Origin: Eledone cirrhosa
Lineage: Eukaryota
Reading direction: 5' to 3'
NCBI GenBank assembly: GCA_964016885.1
Contig: OZ024741.1
Span: 244,838,001 to 244,902,000 of the forward strand
DNA: 64,000 nt
Shown: piece after piece, positions 57,432 to 64,000 of the stretch
Numbering within the stretch: position 1 is the first letter of the stretch
Layout: every line of letters begins with the position of its first letter
The notes under the pieces: generated by a model
What the model saw: only the letters and a program-made list of their open reading frames with translations
The model's database searches: none
What the model was told of the DNA's origin: nothing
Translations under genes and position numbers: made by a program

Positions 57432-60400
57432 CATTTTTGGATTCGTTTTCTTCGAAGCACACCATTCGCCGGCGGACTTTGTTGACATTTAACACGGTTT
57501 GGTTCCACAGCCACAACTATTGATTTTACGGAGATATCTTGCTGAAATTCACGACACACATAGCCAATGTGAGTCTGCACATGTACCAGTAATTACAGAT
57601 CGATCCGACCACGGGCGGCCGGCCCGCGATTGAAAAGGTAAATCCGCCGGCTAATCGTCATTTTTGGATTCGTTTTCTTCGAAGCACACCATTCGCCGGC
57701 GGACTTTGTTGACGTTTAACACGGTTTGGTTCCACAGCCACAACTATTGATTTTACGGAGATATCTTGCTGAAATTCACGCCACACATAGCCAATGAGTA
57801 TCTGCACATGTACCAGTAATTACAGATCGATCCGACCGCGGGCGGCCGGCCCGCGATTAAAAAGGTAAAACCGCCGGCTAATTGTCATTTTTGGATTCGT
57901 TTTCTTCGAAGCACACCATTCGCCGGCGGACTTTGTTGACGTTTAACACGGTTTGGTTCCACAGCCACAACTATTGATTTTACGGAGATATCTTGCTGAA
58001 ATTCACGCCACACATAGCCAATGAGTGTCTGCACATGTACCAGTAATTACAGATCGATCCGACCGCGGGCGGCCGGCCCGCGATTGAAAAGGTAAATCCG
58101 CCGGCTAATAGTCATTTTTGGATTCGTTTTCTTCGAAGCACACCATTCGCCGGCGGACTTTGTTGACGTTTAACACGGTTTGGTTCCACAGCCACAACTA
58201 TTGATTTTACGGAGATATCTTGCTGAAATTCACGCCACACATAGCCAATGAGTGTCTGCACATGTACCAGTAATTACAGATCGATCCGACCACGGGCGGC
58301 CGGCCCGCGATTGAAAAGGTAAATCCGCCGGCTAATCGTCATTTTTGGATTCGTTTTCTTCGAAGCACACCATTCGCCGGCGGACTTTGTTGACGTTTAA
58401 CACGGTTTGGTTCCACAGCCACAACTATTGATTTTACGGAGATATCTTGCTGAAATTCACGACACACATAGCCAATGTGAGTCTGCACATGTACCAGTAA
58501 TTACAGATCGATCCGACCACGGGCGGCCGGCCCGCGATTGAAAAGGTAAATCCGCCGGCTAATCGTCATTTTTGGATTCGTTTTCTTCGAAGCACACCAT
58601 TCGCCGGCGGACTTTGTTGACATTTAACACGGTTTGGTTCCACAGCCACAACTATTGATTTTACGGAGATATCTTGCTGAAATTCACGACACACATAGCC
58701 AATGTGAGTCTGCACATGTACCAGTAATTACAGATCGATCCGACCACGGGCGGCCGGCCCGCGATTGAAAAGGTAAATCCGCCGGCTAATCGTCATTTTT
58801 GGATTCGTTTTCTTCGAAGCACACCATTCGCCGGCGGACTTTGTTGACGTTTAACACGGTTTGGTTCCACAGCCACAACTATTGATTTTACGGAGATATC
58901 TTGCTGAAATTCACGCCACACATAGCCAATGAGTATCTGCACATGTACCAGTAATTACAGATCGATCCGACCGCGGGCGGCCGGCCCGCGATTAAAAAGG
59001 TAAAACCGCCGGCTAATTGTCATTTTTGGATTCGTTTTCTTCGAAGCACACCATTCGCCGGCGGACTTTGTTGACGTTTAACACGGTTTGGTTCCACAGC
59101 CACAACTATTGATTTTACGGAGATATCTTGCTGAAATTCACGCCACACATAGCCAATGAGTATCTGCACATGTACCAGTAATTACAGATCGATCCGACCG
59201 CGGGCGGCCGGCCCGCGATTAAAAAGGTAAATCCGCCGGCTAATCGTCATTTTTGGATTCGTTTTCTTCGAAGCACACCATTCGCCGGCGGACTTTGTTG
59301 ACGTTTAACACCGTTTGGTTCCACAGCCACAACTATTGATTTTACGGAGATATCTTGCTGAAATTCACGCCACACATAGCCAATGGGTGTCTGCACATGT
59401 ACCAGTAATTACAGATCGATCCGACCACGGGCGGCCGGCCCGCGATTGAAAAGGTAAATCCGCCGGCTAACCGTCATTTTTGGATTCGTTTTCTTCGAAG
59501 CACACCATTCGCCGGCGGACTTTGTTGACGTTTAACACGGTTTGGTTCCACAGCCACAACTATTGATTTTACGGAGATATCTTGCTGAAATTCACGCCAC
59601 ACATAGCCAATGAGTGTCTGCACATGTACCAGTAATTACAGATCGATCCGACCACGGGCGGCCGGCCCGCGATTGAAAAGGTAAATCCGCCGGCTAATCG
59701 TCATTTTTGGATTCGTTTTCTTCGAAGCACACCATTCGCCGGCGGACTTTGTTGACGTTTAACACGGTTTGGTTCCACAGCCACAACTATTGATTTTACG
59801 GAGATATCTTGCTGAAATTCACGACACACATAGCCAATGTGAGTCTGCACATGTACCAGTAATTACAGATCGATCCGACCACGGGCGGCCGGCCCGCGAT
59901 TGAAAAGGTAAATCCGCCGGCTAATCGTCATTTTTGGATTCGTTTTCTTCGAAGCACACCATTCGCCGGCGGACTTTGTTGACATTTAACACGGTTTGGT
60001 TCCACAGCCACAACTATTGATTTTACGGAGATATCTTGCTGAAATTCACGACACACATAGCCAATGTGAGTCTGCACATGTACCAGTAATTACAGATCGA
60101 TCCGACCACGGGCGGCCGGCCCGCGATTGAAAAGGTAAATCCGCCGGCTAATCGTCATTTTTGGATTCGTTTTCTTCGAAGCACACCATTCGCCGGCGGA
60201 CTTTGTTGACGTTTAACACGGTTTGGTTCCACAGCCACAACTATTGATTTTACGGAGATATCTTGCTGAAATTCACGCCACACATAGCCAATGAGTATCT
60301 GCACATGTACCAGTAATTACAGATCGATCCGACCGCGGGCGGCCGGCCCGCGATTAAAAAGGTAAAACCGCCGGCTAATTGTCATTTTTGGATTCGTTTT

Positions 60401-61971
60401 CTTCGAAGCACACCATTCGCCGGCGGACTTTGTTGACGTTTAACACGGTTTGGTTCCACAGCCACAACTATTGATTTTACGGAGATATCTTGCTGAAATT
60501 CACGCCACACATAGCCAATGAGTGTCTGCACATGTACCAGTAATTACAGATCGATCCGACCGCGGGCGGCCGGCCCGCGATTGAAAAGGTAAATCCGCCG
60601 GCTAATAGTCATTTTTGGATTCGTTTTCTTCGAAGCACACCATTCGCCGGCGGACTTTGTTGACGTTTAACACGGTTTGGTTCCACAGCCACAACTATTG
60701 ATTTTACGGAGATATCTTGCTGAAATTCACGCCACACATAGCCAATGAGTGTCTGCACATGTACCAGTAATTACAGATCGATCCGACCACGGGCGGCCGG
60801 CCCGCGATTGAAAAGGTAAATCCGCCGGCTAATCGTCATTTTTGGATTCGTTTTCTTCGAAGCACACCATTCGCCGGCGGACTTTGTTGACGTTTAACAC
60901 GGTTTGGTTCCACAGCCACAACTATTGATTTTACGGAGATATCTTGCTGAAATTCACGACACACATAGCCAATGTGAGTCTGCACATGTACCAGTAATTA
61001 CAGATCGATCCGACCACGGGCGGCCGGCCCGCGATTGAAAAGGTAAATCCGCCGGCTAATCGTCATTTTTGGATTCGTTTTCTTCGAAGCACACCATTCG
61101 CCGGCGGACTTTGTTGACATTTAACACGGTTTGGTTCCACAGCCACAACTATTGATTTTACGGAGATATCTTGCTGAAATTCACGACACACATAGCCAAT
61201 GTGAGTCTGCACATGTACCAGTAATTACAGATCGATCCGACCACGGGCGGCCGGCCCGCGATTGAAAAGGTAAATCCGCCGGCTAATCGTCATTTTTGGA
61301 TTCGTTTTCTTCGAAGCACACCATTCGCCGGCGGACTTTGTTGACGTTTAACACGGTTTGGTTCCACAGCCACAACTATTGATTTTACGGAGATATCTTG
61401 CTGAAATTCACGCCACACATAGCCAATGAGTATCTGCACATGTACCAGTAATTACAGATCGATCCGACCGCGGGCGGCCGGCCCGCGATTAAAAAGGTAA
61501 AACCGCCGGCTAATTGTCATTTTTGGATTCGTTTTCTTCGAAGCACACCATTCGCCGGCGGACTTTGTTGACGTTTAACACGGTTTGGTTCCACAGCCAC
61601 AACTATTGATTTTACGGAGATATCTTGCTGAAATTCACGCCACACATAGCCAATGAGTATCTGCACATGTACCAGTAATTACAGATCGATCCGACCGCGG
61701 GCGGCCGGCCCGCGATTAAAAAGGTAAATCCGCCGGCTAATCGTCATTTTTGGATTCGTTTTCTTCGAAGCACACCATTCGCCGGCGGACTTTGTTGACG
61801 TTTAACACCGTTTGGTTCCACAGCCACAACTATTGATTTTACGGAGATATCTTGCTGAAATTCACGCCACACATAGCCAATGGGTGTCTGCACATGTACC
61901 AGTAATTACAGATCGATCCGACCACGGGCGGCCGGCCCGCGATTGAAAAGGTAAATCCGCCGGCTAACCGT
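56978..61971 (+). repeat. Second 11-mer higher-order repeat (2497 bp x2), built from a 5-mer plus a 6-mer
   Basis: Copies 252-262 match copies 263-273 (C,A,iA,L,D,C,A,iA,L,B,cG). Confidence 0.85.
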
Positions 61972-64000
61972 CATTTTTGGATTCGTTTTCTTCGAAGCAC
62001 ACCATTCGCCGGCGGACTTTGTTGACGTTTAACACGGTTTGGTTCCACAGCCACAACTATTGATTTTACGGAGATATCTTGCTGAAATTCACGCCACACA
62101 TAGCCAATGAGTGTCTGCACATGTACCAGTAATTACAGATCGATCCGACCACGGGCGGCCGGCCCGCGATTGAAAAGGTAAATCCGCCGGCTAATCGTCA
62201 TTTTTGGATTCGTTTTCTTCGAAGCACACCATTCGCCGGCGGACTTTGTTGACGTTTAACACGGTTTGGTTCCACAGCCACAACTATTGATTTTACGGAG
62301 ATATCTTGCTGAAATTCACGCCACACATAGCCAATGAGTGTCTGCACATGTACCAGTAATTACAGATCGATCCGACCGCGGGCGGCCGGCCCGCGATTGA
62401 AAAGGTAAATCCGCCGGCTAATCGTCATTTTTGGATTCGTTTTCTTCGAAGCACACCATTCGCCGGCGGACTTTGTTGACGTTTAACACGGTTTGGTTCC
62501 ACAGCCACAACTATTGATTTTACGGAGATATCTTGCTGAAATTCACGCCACACATAGCCAATGAGTATCTGCACATGTACCAGTAATTACAGATCGATCC
62601 GACCGCGGGCGGCCGGCCCGCGATTAAAAAGGTAAAACCGCCGGCTAATTGTCATTTTTGGATTCGTTTTCTTCGAAGCACACCATTCGCCGGCGGACTT
62701 TGTTGACGTTTAACACGGTTTGGTTCCACAGCCACAACTATTGATTTTACGGAGATATCTTGCTGAAATTCACGCCACACATAGCCAATGAGTATCTGCA
62801 CATGTACCAGTAATTACAGATCGATCCGACCGCGGGCGGCCGGCCCGCGATTAAAAAGGTAAATCCGCCGGCTAATCGTCATTTTTGGATTCGTTTTCTT
62901 CGAAGCACACCATTCGCCGGCGGACTTTGTTGACGTTTAACACCGTTTGGTTCCACAGCCACAACTATTGATTTTACGGAGATATCTTGCTGAAATTCAC
63001 GCCACACATAGCCAATGGGTGTCTGCACATGTACCAGTAATTACAGATCGATCCGACCACGGGCGGCCGGCCCGCGATTGAAAAGGTAAATCCGCCGGCT
63101 AACCGTCATTTTTGGATTCGTTTTCTTCGAAGCACACCATTCGCCGGCGGACTTTGTTGACGTTTAACACGGTTTGGTTCCACAGCCACAACTATTGATT
63201 TTACGGAGATATCTTGCTGAAATTCACGCCACACATAGCCAATGAGTGTCTGCACATGTACCAGTAATTACAGATCGATCCGACCACGGGCGGCCGGCCC
63301 GCGATTGAAAAGGTAAATCCGCCGGCTAATCGTCATTTTTGGATTCGTTTTCTTCGAAGCACACCATTCGCCGGCGGACTTTGTTGACGTTTAACACGGT
63401 TTGGTTCCACAGCCACAACTATTGATTTTACGGAGATATCTTGCTGAAATTCACGCCACACATAGCCAATGAGTGTCTGCACATGTACCAGTAATTACAG
63501 ATCGATCCGACCGCGGGCGGCCGGCCCGCGATTGAAAAGGTAAATCCGCCGGCTAATAGTCATTTTTGGATTCGTTTTCTTCGAAGCACACCATTCGCCG
63601 GCGGACTTTGTTGACGTTTAACACGGTTTGGTTCCACAGCCACAACTATTGATTTTACGGAGATATCTTGCTGAAATTCACGCCACACATAGCCAATGAG
63701 TATCTGCACATGTACCAGTAATTACAGATCGATCCGACCGCGGGCGGCCGGCCCGCGATTAAAAAGGTAAATCCGCCGGCTAATCGTCATTTTTGGATTC
63801 GTTTTCTTCGAAGCACACCATTCGCCGGCGGACTTTGTTGACGTTTAACACCGTTTGGTTCCACAGCCACAACTATTGATTTTACGGAGATATCTTGCTG
63901 AAATTCACGCCACACATAGCCAATGGGTGTCTGCACGTGTACCAGTAATTACAGATCGATCCGACCACGGGCGGCCGGCCCGCGATTGAAAAGGTAAATC

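Larger units (their letters stand above)
1..64000. repeat. 227-bp tandem satellite array, about 282 head-to-tail copies, running off both window ends
   Basis: CATTTTTGGATTCG recurs at 1, 228, 455 and onward, and exactly at 13621 (60x227+1), 27241, 40861, 54481 and 63788 (281x227+1). Copies differ only by a few substitutions. No inverted copy or foreign insertion was seen. Confidence 0.99.

Noticed and set aside
1-64000. Protein-coding repeat or long ORF
   Set aside because: Each monomer has stops in all three + frames (TGA 52, TAA 59, TGA 90) and all three - frames (TTA 58, CTA 86, TTA 162), and 227 is not a multiple of 3.
1-64000. CRISPR array
   Set aside because: There are no unique spacers, the whole 227 bp is repeated, and there are no cas genes.
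1-64000. Purely artefactual concatemer (rolling-circle amplification or assembly loop)
   Set aside because: Linked haplotypes, spatially restricted markers and nested duplications are not expected from copying one template. Individual perfect duplications still need read confirmation.

Overview
The whole 64,000-bp window is one uninterrupted head-to-tail array of a 227-bp satellite-like monomer: 281 complete copies plus 213 bp of copy 282. All copies are in the same orientation, and the 227-bp register holds at every checkpoint. Copy n starts at 1+227(n-1). Monomer 1 is about 48% GC, CpG-rich and dense in palindromes and inverted repeats, with stop codons in all six frames. I found no genes, RNA genes, CRISPR array or inserted mobile element. 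The information lies in the variants. About 11 recurrent polymorphic sites define a small set of monomer types, coded by positions 123/139-142/180/201/212/224-225: A=A/TGAG/A/G/T/TC; B=C/AGTA/G/A/T/TC; B'=B with G201; L=B with A212 and T225; C=C/AGTG/A/G/T/TC; D=C/AGTG/G/G/T/TA; E=C/AGTG/G/A/T/TC; G=C/GGTG/A/G/T/CC. The prefix i means A56 and the prefix c means C65. These types form locally changing higher-order repeats (3- to 12-mer tandem duplications and a 17-monomer block copied 30 monomers away). The order of types changes sharply near 36.1 kb, inside a zone rich in private mutations. The picture fits a recently homogenised eukaryotic satellite, possibly centromeric or pericentromeric. 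The organism and function cannot be determined from the sequence. All variant typing was done by eye and should be confirmed computationally.
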